From positions 176,330,001-176,394,000 of the forward strand of contig NC_086097.1 in the NCBI RefSeq assembly GCF_963921235.1: a stretch of DNA of 64,000 nucleotides. Direction: 5' to 3'. Below are positions 13,824-28,800 of the stretch, piece after piece. Every line of letters starts with the position of its first letter. Within the stretch, counting starts at the first letter, position 1. The notes below the pieces were generated by a model. That model had not been told where the DNA came from. It ran no database searches and saw only the letters and a list, made by a program, of their open reading frames with translations. The stretch comes from Mobula hypostoma. Lineage: Eukaryota. The position numbers and the translations under genes were made by a program.

Positions 13824-16800
13824 CACACACATATATCGAGGGCCGAAGGGCTATTTTTGTTCTGTTCTAAGTTCTATGAATGTTTCCCTCTGAGCATGAA
13901 CATTTCCTTTGCTGCTTTCAGTATACCATTGAAGTAAAAGAGGGTGAAAGTAATATGATGGTCCTCCGAATGCCCATTGAGGACGAAGATGTACAAAACA
14001 CAAGTGCAAGTAGAGCTGTGTTCACAATCATCAAGGGGAATGAAAATAAGAATTTTAACGTATCAACTGATCGCAAAACCAATGATGGCCTTTTGTACGT
14101 CGCCAAGGTAAGCAAAGCAAAGTATTTTATTTGATTTGTTTTATTTTGCTGCAGATTATCCTTGTGTAATAACATGCACTCTTGATCTCTTGCTTTTGGC
14201 TTCTGACCCCTTCCTTTACAGTCAGATGAGGGATCGTGGCCCGAAGCATCTGTTATTTATTCCTTCCTTGAAATCTGCCTGACGCATGTTGAGATCCTTC
14301 GGCACTTTGTATGTGTTGCTCAAAATTACCAGCATCTGCAGAATCTCTTGTGTTCTTGATCTTGTATGCTACCTCATCATGGCCATTCTCAGCTCATTCC
14401 CCAACTCTTCCTGTCACCTCTCCGTCTCTCTCTTATATTGTCTGCCTCCCCTCTCTCCGTCCACATGAAGGGTCTTGACTTGAAATGTTAACTTAACATT
14501 ATAATCTACTACTCCAGGTTGCTTGGACTTTATTGTGCACCTTCACTGTAGCTGTAACACTGTATACAGTTATTGCTTTTTCCTTGTACTACCTCAATGG
14601 TGAAATGATCTGTATAGACAGTATGCAGAACATAGTTCAGCACAGTAGGTCGTGTCTCCATATCACAATGTGGTGTACAGGAAGACTGCAACAAGAACTA
14701 CATAGGCCAGCCAGGACGTAGACTCTCAACTCATTTATGGGAACACAAACCGGCAGTACGGAGATATGGTCCATTGTCACTGATCTCAGTATGTGAACAC
14801 CTAGGAAGACATTACGTTAACTGGGATACCATGGATGTTCTGGTGCAGGCAAACACGAAGCAAGCACGAGAATTTTTAGAAGTGTGGTTCTCTTATAACT
14901 CTGTAAGCAAACATATTGAAATAGATGCCATCTACGAACCACTAAGAGCCAAAGAGATACGAGCCAATAGAATTCAAAGGCCAACTGAACGGGTAGCTGA
15001 TCAAGACTGAGGCATGCGAATGGTGAGGGGTGGGGCTATATAAGCACAGAGAAACACCAACAACCGTGCACTGAGGATGTCACCTTGACTGGTGATGAAA
15101 TAGCTGCTAGCTATTTGCCAAGTTTGGCAAACACTGCACCATCAAACGCCTCAACCCAACCTACCAATATTCACCACTGTCCTAAAGTTAGAATGCTCTG
15201 TATGGTACATCTGTAGAAATTTATGAGAGTCTTTTGTGATATACCAAGTCTCTTTAAAACCCTAATGAAATATAACCGCTCTTGTGCTACCTTGGTAATT
15301 GCAACAATATATTAGGCTTAGGGTAGTTCTTCTGAGATGTTGACACCCAGGAATTTGAAACTGCTCGTCCTTTCCATTGCTGATATATAATGGAGGCAAG
15401 ATGGCAGCAGCATCCATACAACAGAACATAGCTTTGGAGATGCCGACCAAGTTGCTCACCTGAGCTAGTCCCATTTGCCCATGTTTCGCCCATATCACTC
15501 TAAATCTTTCCTATCCATGTGCTGTCCAGATAATAGTATTTGTACCCACCTCTACCAATTCGTCTGACAGCTCACTCAATGTCCCCTCCACCTTCCATGT
15601 GAAAATATTGTTCCTTGGGTCCCTTTTTAAAATTTTTCATCTCTCATCTTGCTCATTGCAAATCTTACCTCAGAACCATGAGGCAGTGCTGCAGCTCTAT
15701 AAATCTCTAATTAGACCACACATAGAATATTGTGTTCAGTTCTGCTTGTCTCATTACAGGAAGGATGTAGAAGCTTTAGAGACAATGCAGAGGAGATTTG
15801 CTGGGATGCTGCCTGGATTAGAGAGCCTACTTTATGAAGATGCTGTATGCTGAACAAGCTAGGGCTTTTCTCTTTGAAGCAAAGGAAGGTGATAAGAGGA
15901 GTAGGTTGAATGGAAATGACTAATACTGGGGGTGTAATTGTAAGATGATCAAAGGAAAGTACAGGGAGGACATTGGAGGTAAGATTTTTAGACAGAATAA
16001 TGAGTGCATGGATCACTCTGCCGGGGTGGTGATTCAAGCCGATACATTTGGGGCATTTAAGAAACTCTTGGGCACATAGGATGATGGAAAATTGGAGAGC
16101 TATGCAGTGGAGAAGGGTTAGTTTAATGTTAGAGTGAGTTAAAAGGTTAGTACAACATCATGGGCTGAAAGGCCTATAATGTGCTGTAGTGTTCTATGTT
16201 CTATATTAAACCTGTGGTCTCTAATTTTAGAGTCCCCTACACCGGGGTAAAAAGTCTGTGACCATACACTTTATGGCTCTCATAAATTTAGAAACCTTGA
16301 AGGTCAACCCTCCTTTGCTCTGGGGAAAACAGTCCCAGTCTATCCATTTTCTCCTTTTAACTCAATTCCTCTAGTCCTGGCAACATCCATGTGAATCTTT
16401 TCTGCACCCTTTGCAGCTTAATCAACCTTTCTACAGCATGGTAACCTAATCAAGCCCTCTCGTCCCAGTAACACCTTTTCTGCCAACATTCTATGAGCTT
16501 TCAATATTCTACTGTTAATCAAGCATTAGGTGTTCACTTGTGCACTCTGGGCATTTCACGGATCTCCTGTGCTCACTTGTCAACATTGGAGAATTGGTGG
16601 TGGAGTGAATTAACAGCTTTAAAGTCCTGAGCAATAACAGGTTGGGTGACTTGTCCCAAGCCCAGCACACGATACAATCACAGGGAAGGCACACCAGCAT
16701 CTTTACTTTCATAGGAAAGTGATTTGGATTGCACTGAACATGCTAATAAGCTTCTACTGATTTTCTGTGGAAAGCATCATGGCATTATTCTGGTATAGTA

Positions 16801-19800
16801 ATTCAAAAGCAAACTGAATGTGCAGCCTGATACAATACTGGCACATCTCACTCCAACATTGGTTGTTCTGCATAAGGCAATATCCTTTATCAAAGATCCC
16901 TACCACCCTGGCCATGCCATCTTCTCACAGCTCTATTGGGCATGAGGTCCAGTCTGAAATCCCTCACTACAGGGTTTAGGAACAGCTACTTCCTTTCAAA
17001 CATTTGGTTCTTGAACCAACCAGTACAAGCCTGATTGCTACAGTTCAGCAACGCTCTTGTTACTTTGATTACTTTGCAAAAGATTGCATTTTTTTGTTAG
17101 AATTGTTATTTCTTGTGGGGGGTTGGGGGGAGTGATGTTTTACTTGGTATCTGATGTTATGTGCCTGTGACACTGCTGCAAGTAAGGACTTCATTGCACT
17201 TGTACATACAGATCCTTGAGCAGGTGACAAAAAACTAACTTTTGTCTTTATTGTTTAGCCTCTAGATAAAGAAGCAACCTCTTCAGTCCAGTTGGAAATT
17301 GAAGTGGAGAATGAGGCCGCCCTAGTTAGGGGCTCCACCAAGAAGGATGTTTCCATAGTAACAGTCAATGTTATAGATGTGGATGAAGGTCCAGAGTTCG
17401 TGCCCCACATCAAGGAGCTGTGGACAGAGGAGAACATCCCCATAGGGAAAGTGCTGGGATCTTACACAGCGATGGATCCTGAGACAAAGAGCAGCAGCGG
17501 TATCAGGTGTGGTCCTCCCACCTTACTACAGCACAGTAACATGCCCTTCAGCCCATCATTTTAGTGCTGATCTCTTTGCCTGTCTAAGTTAATCACATTT
17601 GCCTGCATTAAGGCTACGTCCACACTACACCGGATAATTTTGAAAACAAAGATTTTTCTCTTCGTTTTGACCCTTCGTCCGCACTAAAACGCCGTTTTCA
17701 TCCCCCGAAAACGGAGATTTTCAGGAACGGTCTCCAGAGTGAATAAATCTGAAAACGCCTAATATCCGTTGTAGTGTGTACAGGGTAAATGGAGAGATTT
17801 AAAAACGCTGTCATGACAACACCACAACAACAATGCTTTTTCTGCTTCTGCTTGGTACTGCGCAAGCACTGCCGGACGGCTGTTATAACGCACAGTCGGT
17901 GTGAACGGCGTGAGAATTAAATTGTAAAGTGAGCTTTTTTGACTATTTAAAAACGCTGTCACGACGTGCCGGAACAGATGGCCGCAGCGTGGCATTTCGT
18001 TATTTTCTTGAACGCAACCCCCCACATAACCAAACAATTTCAGAACAGACGGCAACGAGACTGAAGCCAGAAGAGTTAGAAATGTACTCACCAGATACTT
18101 TGACCCATAGCTTACTGAATAAATAAGTATACTCACTTTGCCCCATTTTCTGTCCTTGCTTGCATGAACGTGGTTCACCTATTTATGCAAGTACTTCTGA
18201 CAATAGATGTGTAACAGCTTAATGTAACATTATATGGAAATACAAGATAACACTGATGCAGACATGTTTTATACATTTAACAAGGTGCTTTATTAATCCA
18301 ACAGAGTTGGTCAGTTTTTCAATGTTTGTCGTCAGCTGGGTCATACTGTCCGTGAATTCCCTGTCGGTTGCCTCCATACGCTCCAGTATATTTTTTTTTT
18401 AGTTTTAAGTCCTCCTGAGCGAGAACCAAGAGCAATTCCTTTAAAGTTTTTCTACCCTGTAACTGGACACGGTTTCCTCTTCGCTTGTTTTCTGTGTCCT
18501 GCGCATTCCTAGTAGGAGGAGATTCACCCAAATATCCACCTAATGTGGACGGAGATATTTTGAAAAACGCTTAGTGTGGACGCCTGTCGTTTTTACTCGA
18601 AACCGGCGTTTTCAAAATTATCTGGCGTAGTGTAGACATAGCCTACCAAACCCTTCTATGCGTTACGTACTTAAGTGTCTGTCAATTAGACACAGTGACA
18701 GTACCTGATTCCTCCTCCATCTCTGCAGTGCATTCTAGCTATCAATCAGCTTGCTCCCTAAGTCATGAAGCACTGTAGCAGAGAAACCAGTCTTTCCAGC
18801 AGACAGTGCAGTCCTAGTCTTCAACTAGTTCCAGCTGCCTGTACCCAGAACAAATCACTTCAAACCCCTCCTGTGCATGTACCTATCCAAACTCCTCTTA
18901 AACATTACAAATGAATCCACATCTACCACTTCTGCGAGTAGCTCATTCCACGTTCACACCACACTGAGTGGGGGGAGGGGTGCATGGATAAAACTGGAAT
19001 CACGGAGAAAGGCAGCAAAGAAGTAGGCCTTTTGGCATGTCAGGTCATGCTGAATGCATCAGTTTACGTATGTTCTACATTAGTACTATTGGTTTTTTCT
19101 CCCGACACTCCCATCAACTTGCCCCACAGTTTCTGCTACTTTGCCACACTGGGGGCAATGTACAGTGATCATCTGGTCTACCAATCTGCATATTTTTGGA
19201 TGGTGGGAGGAAACCCGTGAGGTCATGGTCAACGTGCAAGATTCACACAGAGAGCGCATAAGTTCAGGATTGAGTTCAGGCCTCTGGCTCTCCAATGCAG
19301 TGGCCCCACCCAGTGCACTACTATGCCCTCAAATTCCCTTTTATTCCTCTCCCCCTCATCTTAATCCTGAACCCTCTTAATCTTCATACTGCTTCTATCA
19401 GAAAAAGATCTATGCTTGTTATAATGTTATATACCTGTCAGCTCACCCCCTCAGCTTCCTTTACTCCATGGAAAACCAAGTCCAGCCTATCCGTTCTCTG
19501 CTTGTAACTGATGTAGCCATGGAGAAAGTTCCCTGTACGCTTATTACAGAACCTTTAGCGAGATTGCAGAGGACATCTATCAGGATGCTGCCTGGATTAG
19601 AGAGTAGTTCTTATGAGGAAAGGTTGAGTGAGCCAGGATTTAACTTTTTGGAGTGAGAGCGGGTGAGGTGACTTGATAGAAGTGTATAAAGTGATAAGCG
19701 GCATTGATTGAGTGAACCGCCAGCTCCTTTTCCCCGTGGCTAATATGAGAAGGCATAATTTTAAGGTGATTGAAGTAGAGTGTAGGGTGTGATACCAGAG

Positions 19801-22800
19801 GTCGGTTATTCAGAGTGTGAGATGGGTGCCAGTTGTTCAGATGCACTGGGGAGATTCACAGCCCACTGATGCGGGGGGGGGGGGCGGGGTTGGTGGTAGA
19901 GATCCTGCTCACACCCCAGCTCCTCTACTTCCTCAAAGTTTAAGGAAATGTAGCATGGCCCTGATGACTTTCACCACTTACTGCAGCTGCATCATAGAAA
20001 GCATTCTGTCTGGATGCATCATGGCTTGGTATGGCAATTGCTCTGCCCAAGACAGCAAGGAATCGCAGGGTTGTGGGCACAGCTCAGCACATCATAGAAT
20101 TCATCTACACTTCTTTCTGCCTTGGGAAGTCAGCCAACATAAAAGCATAAAGACCTCTCACCTGGTCACCACTAGACCAGAGGGCAGCTTCTATGTGATG
20201 CTTGAATGGAACTGTTACACGATACATATACTTTCTTGTGGTCCTGCACTTTGTCTACCTGCACTGCATCTTCTCTGTAAATGTAATACATTATTCTGCA
20301 CTCCATTATTGCTTTCCTTTTGTACTACCTCATTGTGCTCGTGTCTGGAATAATCTGTCTGCATGACACACAAAACAAAGCTTTTTCACTGTTTGTCAGT
20401 ATATGTGACAATAATAAACCAATTTCCTTCTGAAATGAAGTCTCAATATTCTGAATGCATCCCCCAGTTCCAGATACTCCATTTGAGGAAAGGTCTTCTA
20501 GGCATCCACTTTTAGTACCCTGTCAGATCCAAACTAAATATTCTAAACTCTAATGCTTGCCATTTCTTTGCACATCAGTGCATTCATTCCAGAAACTTTT
20601 CTGCACTGCACAATGCAAATAAATACTTAAGTATAAGGAATAATACTCTGCAGAGAACTCTGGGTGAGATCTCATTAGTTTCTTGTAAGTTGCATCAAAA
20701 CTTTTTTTATTTTCCACATCCTTCGTGTTAATGGAAACTCCCTCAGTCACCCTAATATGTTGCTGCAGGCCAATTTTGTGTTTCATGGTCACTTTGATTA
20801 GACTCCATGTGGAGTATTATGTGCAGTTCTGGTTACCGTGTTGCAAGAAAGATGTGGAGAGGGTGCAGAATAGGTTTACCAGGATGGTGCCGGGATCAGA
20901 GGGTATGAGTTATATGGAAAGGTTGGACAAACTTGGGTTGTTTTTTCCCTGGAGCACTGGGGACTGAGGAGATGCCTGACAAGGGTTTTTAGAATTAAAA
21001 GAGGCACAGATTGAGTAGACAGTCAGAATCTTTTTAACCCCCGCTCCCCAGGTAAAAATGTTAAAAGATCAGTGGACATGATCTTTAAGTTTAGAGTTTA
21101 AAGGTGGGGTAAAGTGTAAATTGGAATTGGATTATTATTGTCACGTGCCAGGGTGCAGTGGAAAAACTTGTCTTCTGTACCATTCATACGGATTGGGTTA
21201 TTACATGACACATTGAGGTAGAACAAGGTAAACTAATAACGATGCAAAAATGGTAGCTGCCTGGAATGGGCTTCCAGGGGTATGTACTTCCTTGAGGAAG
21301 TAGATACAGTAGTGCCGTTTCAGAAACATTTCAACAGGCAGATGAGCAAGTAGGGAAGTGAAGGATATGGACCATGTGCCTGGGTATGGAGTTAGTGTAA
21401 AGTGGTACCCTGGTCAGCACAGACATGTTGGACCAAGTAACCTGCTCCTGTACTCCACTGTTTGTGTTCTGAACCCCTGGATCTTTGTGCGACAACATTT
21501 GATAGGCTCACCACATTTAAATAATGGTTTGCTTTTATATTATTACTTGCAAATTGGGTGATCTCACAACTTGCCAATGTAAAGGGTTGGGGGCTGTGAG
21601 GAACCAATAACATGAAGTAAATGAGCCCAGTGGCCTGTTTCTGTTAATCATTAAAGTCAGTCACCTTGACTCACTTTGTAGGCAGATAAGCTGCACTGAC
21701 TGAACAAAGTGTTGATGAATACTCAGCCAAAGTTTCTGGCTCCAACACTTCCAGTGAAGCTTGTTTATGAAGAAGCTGGTAAAGCTGATTCTAGCTGGGC
21801 CTGTCAGGAGGATGCTTCCAGAAGAGATAATCCAAGCTTTAAAAAACCATTTAAAAAAAGAAAAATATATTTGGGGTTGGTCTTTAGCTGTGTATGCATC
21901 AAGAAGGTCAAGTTATTGGATTCATAGATGTTCACTTAAACAGTAATTGTTCAGCTAAACTTCTAATGACCCTGGATTGAAATGCTGTCAATCTGGTTTG
22001 TATTCAGGTATCGTGAGTTAAGTGACCCAGCAGACTGGGTCTCCATCAATTCCAAAACTGGGGAGATCCAGACAACAGCCATACTGGACAGGGAGTCCAC
22101 ATACGTAAAACACAACGAGTACAATGTGACAGTGCTGGCTATTGAAGATAGTAAGTAAAACTTCAAAGGATATTCTTAGTGTACCGGCAATTGTAATACA
22201 TCTCTGGAACCAGGAAGGAAATGTAATGTGGGATAGACATGCTCTGGGATTGAGATATTGTGGTAAGGTTCAGTCCTGACCTTGGGTGCTGTCTATGTGG
22301 AATTGGCAGATTTCTCCCTGCGACTGCATGGTCATCTCCTCCTCCCACCTCTGTCCCACCCCCACCTCAAGCTGCAATTTCCTCCTACATCCCAAAGATA
22401 AGCACGTTATAAGGTTAATTGGCTGTTGTAAATTGGCAGAGTGTGGGTGGTAGAATCTGATTGGAGCTCATGGAAAGGATGGATTGGGTTGATGGTAGGA
22501 TTAGTAATATCAATGTGGCTCAGTCACCTGAAGGACCTATATCTGTAGACTTATTTATTTTATGGCAAATAAAAGGCAAATTAAAGCCAGATTATCTGCT
22601 TTGCATCTCCAACTCAATGCTAAATTAATTTGGGCAATTGCATGGGGAAAAATAGTGCAAAACATTGGCCCTTTTTAGCCCTGACCCTGACCAAAGCAGA
22701 GATTTACTACTTGTATTTCTTGTCTAGTGTGGGCATTGCACCAACTGGGTCTGGTTTTACTCAATCAGTACCCAAGGAAGAGATGAGCCCCTTGGTCCTT

Positions 22801-25800
22801 TACTACAGCGCCACTTTCCAATGCTGATACCATATCTCCTGATTCCCTTCATAGCTTCATTTTATTGGGTGACTGAACCTCCACAGCCTTCTTGGGTAGA
22901 GAACTCCAAACATCTGCGAGAATGTACAGTTATGGTCAAAAAGGTGTGGTTAAACCAGAGAGATCAGAGGGTATTCATGAGGATGTTGCCAGGGCTAGAA
23001 AGCCTGAATTATATGAAGAGGTTGGCCAGGTTAAGTTTTCATTCTTTGAAATGCAGGAGAATGAGGGGTGACCTTGTAGAAGGAAGATGTTAACAGTCTT
23101 TTCTCCAGGGTTGAGGGAGTCCAAAACTAGGGGGTACAGATTTGGAGTGTGAGGGGAAATTTTAAAAAGGACCTGAGGGCCAACTTTATCACACACAGGG
23201 TTGAGGCAAATGCAGCAGTACCATTTGGAGAAGCACTTGGATAGGTACATGGAAGGGTGGGGGCTTGGAGGCATAGGGGCTGAATACATCTGCCCCTTCT
23301 GCTGGCAGCTCATACCACATTTGCACTACCATCTTAGTGAAGTAGTTCCCCCTTACATTCCCCTGAAATATTTCACCTTTCACCCTAAACTTGTGTAGGT
23401 GAACCTGCCTCTACAGTTTCCTCTGACAGTTCATTCCATATACTCACCACCCTTTGTGGGGAAAACTTGCAGCACAGAGCCCCTTTAAATCTATCCCATC
23501 TTGCCTTAAATCTATCTACATCCTCCAGCTTCAGACTTCACAACCCTGAGAGATGTACTGTGACCGTGCACCTTGTCTATGCAAATGAAGTCCAGATAAA
23601 GGCTCTTGACAAAACATCGACTGTCCATTTTCCTCTGTGGACGCTGCCTGGCCTGCTGAGTTCCTCCAGCTCCTTTGTGTGTTGCTCCAGATTTTCAGCA
23701 TCTGCAGCCTTGTGTCTCCTGTTTATCCTTCCTTTGCCTCTCATACTTTTATAAACCTCTATAGGTCACCCCTCGGATTCCTGTTCAGGGAAAACAGTCC
23801 CAGCCTATCCAGTATCTCCTTCTGACTCCGCACCCACCCTAGCTTAATCATATCCCTCCCACAGTGTGATGACCAGAACTGCACACAATAAATAGTGTAG
23901 CCTAACCAATGACCAGTATAGCTGCAGCATAATGTCCCAATTCCTGTACTCAGTTTAAAAGTTGTTGAAGTCAAGTACACCCTATGTTGCCTTCACCACC
24001 CCGTCTACCTGTATCCCCACTTTCAGGGAACTAGTGACTTGTACTTGTACATCTTCCAAACATAGTGGAATATTGTCCTATTCTGTTTAACCTCTCCTCT
24101 GACCATTTCAGGGGTGTTAGAAAGCACTCACTCAGAATTACAGTTATTATCACTGTCTTGCAGTGATAATAATGTGAAACTTGTCTTGCAGCTACAGCAC
24201 AAAGACATTACTATAAATTACAAAAATAGTGTATATTAAAAAAAACCCAGAAATAATGAAGTAAAGTTCATGGGTCTGTAGACCATTGAGAAATCTGGGG
24301 GAAAAAATTCAAAGTAAAAATTTATTATCAGCGTGCATACACGTCACCACATACAAACCTGAGATTCTTTTTTTTTTCCCTGCAGGCATACTAAGCAAAT
24401 CTATAGAACAGTAACTGTAAGCAGATCAATGGACAACAAACTGCAAATGAAAATATAAATAAATAGCAATAAACAACAAGAACATGAAATAACAAGATAG
24501 AGCTTGCTCAGGAGCCTGATGGTTGAGGGGTAGTAACTGACCTTGAACTTAGTGTTGCGAGTCCTGGTGCACTTGCACCGTCTACCTGATGGCAGCAGCT
24601 ATTATGAGATCTGAAGATCATTGATCTCCTATGCAGTAGTGTGCTGGGTCAATGGCATCAACACAGGTGATGCTAACAAGCTCAATAAACTGATTAGAAA
24701 CGATGGTTCTGTTATAGGAGTCAAACTGGACACCCTGGAGGCTCTGGTAGAACAAAGGACCCTACAGAAAATCTTGGCAATTCTGGCCAATATTCCTCGC
24801 CCTCTGCATGCCACCTTGGCTGAACAGAGGAGCACTTTTAGTAATATTTTAAGGCAACTGCACTGCTCCAAAGAGCACTACATGAGGTCATTCTTGCCCT
24901 CTGCCATTGGATTCTATCATGAGTCACCCTATAGCTAAGGAAGTGATGACCCCCTGCTGTTAGACTATTTGAGGTAACTTTTATTCTTTCTTGCTTCTCA
25001 CCTAATATTTATATATTTGTATCTCTGTGCACTTGTACTGTGACACTGTAATTTCCTTTGGGATAAATAATGTATCTATCCATATATTTAATTATGTAGT
25101 CCTTTGTTAAGAGGAAGTTGCATGAAGCTGTCCCTGAAACATTGAATGTGGGTCTTCAGGCTCCACTTCTATCTCCCTAATAATAGCAAAATGAGAAGAG
25201 TATGTCCTTGCCAGTGAGGGTCCTTAGCGACAGATGCCATCTTCTTGAGGCTGTGCCTCTTGAAGTCCTTGATGATAGGGAGGTTGTGACTGTGATGAGG
25301 TTGGCTGAGCCTACACAACATTCTGCAGCCTCCTTTGGTCCTATGCAAAATGGGAGTGGAAATCCTCCATCGTCCTCTCCTTCTTCCTCTGACATGTAGC
25401 ATGAGAGAAAAAATGTTGAGATGGGAAGAACCATGAAAAGTGTCAAAACCTGAGGTTTGAGAGGCATTTGGATAGGGCCCTGAATAGGAAGGGATGAAAT
25501 TTGCCTAATGCAGGTAAATGGGATGAACATAGATAGGCATGGACGTAGTAAGACAAAATGACCCATCTCCAAGCTGTTTGTTTCTTTGATTCCATAAAAT
25601 TTCATATCGATAATTGTTATAGAATCAACAGGGCAAACTAAATCAATTTTAAAAGAAGGGAAATTAAAATGAGCACATTCAAGGTCACAGGTCTAATGAA
25701 AAGTTCACTTGTAGTAGCATCACAGATGCATAGCATCAGGCAATTAGCATTTGTAAGATAAAACATAAATTAAACAGAATAAGAACAAATTCAATTTGAT

Positions 25801-28800
25801 GCTAAATGATCAAAGTGGTAATGGTGTTCCTAAACTGTAATAATTAGGGTAGTGCCAATTGGTCCTAAAAATTGAATGGTTAGACCATAAAACATGGGAG
25901 GCTAATCAGACCATTCAACCCATCGAGTCTGCTCCACCATTCCACCATGGCTGATCTATTATCCCCCTCAATCCTATTCTCTTGCCTTCTCCCTGTAACC
26001 TTTGACTCCCTGATTAATCAAGAACCTATCAACCTCCATTTTAAATATACTCAGTGACTTGGCCTTCACAGCTGTCTGTCACAATGTATTCCACAGATTC
26101 ACTATACTCTGGCTGAAGAAATTCCTCATCAGCTCTTTTCTAAATGGACATCCTTCGATTCTGAGGCTGCACCCTTTGGTCCTAGACTTCCCAACATCCA
26201 CTCTCCCTAGACCTTTCGACAGGTTTCAATGAGATCGCCCTCTCCTCCCCTATTCTTCTAAACTCTGGCAAGTACAGGCCCAGATCCATCAAATGCTGCT
26301 CATATTTTAATCCTTTCATTCCTGGAATCATTCTCGTGAACCTCCTCTGGACCCTCTCTGATGCCAGCACATCTTTTCTTGGGTAAGGGGTCCAAAACTG
26401 CTCACAATATTCCATGTGGTTGAAGAGAGGTAGCTGCTCTTGAACCTGGCATTATGGGACTTCTTGCTTCCACCTGTCTTTTTTATGCGAGCCTTTGAAA
26501 ACTTGTCTGAAATGGTTGAAAGTTTTCATTTTACGACAATGTGGTCTTTTCATTTGTTGCGTTAAAAGTCTCATCGAGAACAGGCACTGGGACCGTGGTG
26601 ATAAATTTGATCGATATCAACGACAACAGTCCATTTGTCTCCAATAAAGACCTGTTCATTTGTGAGAACGGACAAGAAAAGTTTGTAAATATTTCAGCTG
26701 AGGATTATGATGCATCACCCAACACAGCTCCATTCACATTTCTCCTGCCAGATGATCCACCTGAGATTAAAAATAAGTGGATGATCTTCAATGAAATGGG
26801 TATGGTTAAATTTGTGTCTGTATATTGCTATCTGTGACTTGTATTGCCTTTCTAGTTGTCTGTAAGTGATAATACTTGACTGTAGATGATCATTCTCCAT
26901 TACTAAATGCAAACCTTCATGACTACCATCATAGAAGCTCATTATCTATAACGTATTCAAAATGTGAGACATGTAGCCAGTTTGGTGTTCGTGGTAAAAA
27001 TACAATGATAGGACAGTTAAATCTATGGAATAACAGTAAGAGTTCTGGGCTATCCAGCCAGAGACAGGAGCTCGAATGCCATCATGGCAGCTGGAAATTT
27101 AAACTCTAGTAATTAAGTAAATGTAGAATTCAAAAAAAACTTGTCTCAGTAATAGTGCTATTAGTTTATTGTTATCACAGGTACTGAGATATGGTGAAAA
27201 GCTTTTGTTCATATACCAACAGAAACTGAAATTTGATGGTGAAGTTGTTTTATTATTGTCACTTGTACTGAGGTCCAGTGAAACTTTGTTTTGCAAGCTG
27301 TCTATGTAGATCAATTCATGCAATGGGTCACTGAGGTTGGACAAGGAGAAACAATAACAGAATGCAGAAGGAAGTATTACCGTGCAAGCAGATAAGGTGT
27401 ACAACAAGGTAGACTGTCAGGTCAAGTGTCCAAATTATGCTAGGGAGCTGTTCAATAGTCTTAAAGTAGTGGGATAGCAGCAGTCCATGAACCTGGTGGT
27501 ACATGCTTTTAGGCATTTGTATCTTCTGTCCAATAGGAGAGAGGAGAAGAGAGAATAGAATGCCTGGGGTGGGTGTAGTTTTGATTATGCTTTACCACAC
27601 TAGCAACAACATTTCTGACATGGACCTAGTGCTTTATTACCTTGACTCAGATTGTAGGAGGACTTGGAGTATGTCAATGCCCTGTGCGCTAATTTTGATT
27701 GACCAGCTCTAATTCCTTATCCATTGTCTTCTAGGATCCTTTGCCTATTTGAAGCCAACAGATGATGTTGTCCCTGGATACTTTCAGGTTCCCATCATTA
27801 TTCAGGATCAGCAACACCGTGAGAGCACGGAAACATTGCGGATCACTGTATGTGAATGCCTTAACCAAATGCAATGCTCTGCCAGACTTGCATCGAAGAA
27901 CGCAGTTCTTGGTGGTCTGGGAATCCTTACTATGTTTGTGGCTGCTTTGTTACTGCTATGTAAGTTTTAAATCACGATTGTTTAATCTTTAAAATGTTTT
28001 GCACTCTGGTTAGTGGATGCAAGGCGAAACCCTATTAAGGCAGATTGGGGAATTTAATTACCAATTAATTAAATCCTAATTTAAGAAAAAAAATCATAAT
28101 TTGTATCATGTTGGCTATTAAAACAGGACAAACTGCTGGAGGAGCTCAGCAGATCAGGCAGCATTTGTGGAGGAAAATGGACAGTCAACATTTTCAGGTT
28201 GAGATGAAGGGTCTCGGCCAGAAACGTCGACCGTTCATTTTTCTCCATAGACGAAGCATGATCTGCTGAGATGCTGCAGTAGTTTGTGTTACTCCAGATT
28301 CTAATATCCGCTAATTTGTTATTGTCATTATGGTAACCACAATCTTCCAGGCTAGTATGATTTCAGACCCTTCAATGTGATTGAACCAGGGTGCAGGGGA
28401 AATGCAGTAAAGAAGTGGGCCCTTCAGGCCTGCACCAATCATGGGCTGAAGGGCCTGTTCTGGTGCGGTACTGTTTCATAATAATTTTCTTTTTATTCTA
28501 CTCACTTTCCCACCAACTTCCCCAGTTTCTACCACTCACCCATACACTAGGGGCAATTTAGAGCAGCCAATTAACCCACTGACCAGGAATGTCTTTAAAA
28601 TGTGAGAGGAAACCTGTGCAGTCACAGGGATTGTGTGCAAATTCCACACAAGACAGCATCTGAGGTCGGGATCGAACCCAGATCTCTGTTACTGCACAAA
28701 GGCTGATAAGAAAAAAGAATACTAACAGTGGAGAGAGAAGAAACTAGTTTCCCCCCCCCGCCCCCTTCACAGTTATTAACATGTATGAACATACATCAAA

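Noticed and set aside
19817..20353. 178-aa ORF and similar 100-170 aa ORFs in the track as host genes
   Set aside because: They are chance read-throughs of CR1/Rex LINE fragments (e.g. IESILSGCIMAWYGNC).
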